A model generated the notes under the pieces. It worked only from the letters and a program-made list of their open reading frames with translations. It did no database searches and was not told where the DNA came from. This document shows, one piece after another, positions 62,591 to 64,000 of a DNA stretch of 64,000 nucleotides (the first letter of the stretch is position 1; each line of letters begins with the position of its first letter). The translations under genes and the position numbers were made by a program. The stretch is taken from the NCBI RefSeq assembly GCF_009914755.1, contig NC_060934.1. One strand, 5' to 3'. The DNA comes from the human T2T-CHM13v2.0 reference genome, Homo sapiens.

Positions 62591-64000
62591 GAATTCTCAG
62601 TCACTTCTTTGTGTTGTGTGTATTCAAGTCACAGAGTTGAACCTTCCTTTAGACAGAGCAGTTTTGAAACACTCTTTTTGTGCAATTTGCAAGTGGAGAT
62701 TTCAAGCGATTTGACGCCAATCTTAGACATGGAAATATCTTCATATTAAAAGTACACAGAGTCATTCGTAGAAACTAGTTTGTGATGTGTGCCTTCAACT
62801 CACAGAGTTTAACCTTTCTTTTCATAGAGCAGTTGGGAAACACTCTGTCTGTAAAGTCTGCAAGTGATTAGTTAGACCCCTTTCAGGCCTTCGTTGGAAG
62901 CGGGATTTCTCATTTACTGCTAGACAGAAGAATTCTCAGTAAATCCTTTGTGTTGTGTGTATTCAACTCACAGAGTGGAACCTTCCTTTATTCAGAGCAG
63001 TTTTGAAACACTCTTTTTGTGCAATTTGCAAGTGGAGATTTCAAGAGATTTGACGCCAATCTTAGACATGGAAATATCTTCATATTAAAAGTACACAGAG
63101 TCATTCGTAGAAACTAGTTTGTGATGTGTGCCTTCAACTCACAGAGTTTAACCTTTCTTTTCATAGAGCAGTTGGGAAACACTCTATTTGTAAAGTCTGC
63201 AAGTGGATATTTGGACCTCTTTGAGGCCTTCGTTGGAAACGGGATTTCTTCATATAACGCTAGACAGAAGAATTCTCAGTAACTTCTTTGTGTTGTGTGT
63301 ATTCAACTCACAGAGTTGAACCTTTCTTTAGAGGGAGCAGAGGTGAAACACTCTTTTTGTGGAATTTGCTAGTGCAGATTTCAAACGCTTCGAAGACAGT
63401 GATAGAAAAGGATATATCTTCGTATTAAAAGTAGACAAAATCATTCTCAGAAAACTCTTTGTGATGTGTGTGTTCAACTCACAGAGTTTAACCTTTCTTT
63501 TCATAGAGCAGTTTGGAAACACTCTGTTTGTAAAGCCTGCAAGTGCTTTTTTGGACTTCATTGAGGCCTTCGTTGGAAACGGGATTTCTTCATACAACGC
63601 TAGTCAGAAGAATTCTCAGTAACTTCTTTGTGTTGTGTGTATTCAACTCACAGAGTTGAACTTTTCTTTAGAGAGAGCAGAGTTGAAACACTCTGTTTTT
63701 GGAATTTGCAAGTGCAGATTTCAAGCGCTTCTAGGCCTATGGCAGAAAAGGAAATATCTTCGTATAAAAACTACACAGAATCATTCTCAACAACTACTTT
63801 GTGATGTGTGCGTTCAACTCACAGAGTTTAACCTTTCTTTTCATAGAGCAGTTTGGAAACACTCTGTTTGTAAAGCCTGCAAGTGCTTTTTTGGACTTCA
63901 TTGAGGCCTTCGTTGGAAACGGGATTTCTTCATATAATGCTAGACAGAAGAATTCTCAGTCACTTCTTTGTGTTGTGTGTATTCAAGTCACAGAGTTGAA
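62591..64000 (+). repeat. Return to D'-type variant domain (B/C/B mosaic, C, D', A, partial B)
   Basis: D' at 63270 carries the GCTAGTCAGAAG marker (~63600) of domain 2. C carries the GTGCAATT marker seen near 1220, 5978, 27719 and 42317. Confidence 0.85.

Larger units (their letters stand above)
1..64000 (+). repeat. Alpha satellite higher-order repeat array, SF1 (dimeric J1/J2), probably human D10Z1
   Basis: Continuous ~171-bp monomers with alphoid motifs (CATTCTCAGAAAC, TTCAACTCACAGAGTT, GCTAGACAGAAGAATTCTCAG). GAATTC recurs every 338-340 bp (110, 450, 790, 1129 ... 63950), with a CENP-B box in every second monomer. The alphoid/SF1 call is firm. The chr10 assignment (about 0.8) rests on the 1357-bp and 1019-bp units each cut once by RsaI (AAAAGTACAC in dimer C). 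Confidence 0.98.

Noticed and set aside
475-63904. About 190 short ORFs (60-90 aa; MCIQLTELN..., MCCVYSS..., MEFASVD..., MYEEIPF...) including Cys-rich CxxC-like stretches
   Set aside because: They are translations of the satellite, recurring with the dimer period. Most start at GTG/TTG, they overlap in several frames and gain or lose stops at random. The Cys richness comes from TGTG-rich DNA.
1-64000. CRISPR-like regular repeat spacing
   Set aside because: There are no unique spacers, the entire unit is repeated, and no cas-like ORFs are present.
1-64000. Transposon insertion (L1/Alu), inversion or non-satellite island
   Set aside because: The EcoRI/CENP-B register continues unbroken on the + strand from 110 to 63950. 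I saw no poly-A tail, target-site duplication or reverse-orientation monomer.
1-64000. Assignment to other SF1 arrays (D1Z7/D5Z2/D19Z3, D7Z1 6-mer, D12Z3 8-mer)
   Set aside because: Coexisting 1357-bp and 1019-bp RsaI units forming a 2376-bp 14-mer fit D10Z1 best as I recall it. The alternatives are not formally excluded without an alignment.
1-64000. Locating the kinetochore / centromere dip region in this window
   Set aside because: It is defined by methylation and CENP-A chromatin and cannot be read from sequence alone.

Overview
The whole window is uninterrupted, single-orientation primate (very probably human) centromeric alpha satellite: about 188 dimers of 338-340 bp (about 376 monomers of ~171 bp). 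Each dimer carries one EcoRI site and one CENP-B-box position, the suprachromosomal family 1 (J1/J2) pattern. I parsed it by eye into four dimer types: A (340 bp), B (339), C (340) and D (338). These build an 8-mer HOR (D-A*-B-C, 1357 bp), a 6-mer (A-B-C, 1019 bp) and their alternating 14-mer (2376 bp). The unit sizes and the single RsaI site per unit fit the chr10 array D10Z1 (S1C10H1L); this is inferred from recalled unit sizes, not from an alignment. I found no genes, RNA genes, transposon insertions or inversions. All listed ORFs are by-products of the repeat, and I see no support for a novel coding system. The interesting signal is the array's internal history: hybrid dimers with recurrent breakpoints, A-dimer runs, nested tandem duplications (2039, 3736, ~14.6 kb, 3733 and 2376 bp), a diverged CENP-B-box-poor island, a dense cluster of private substitutions, and an apparent one-dimer-offset conversion tract.
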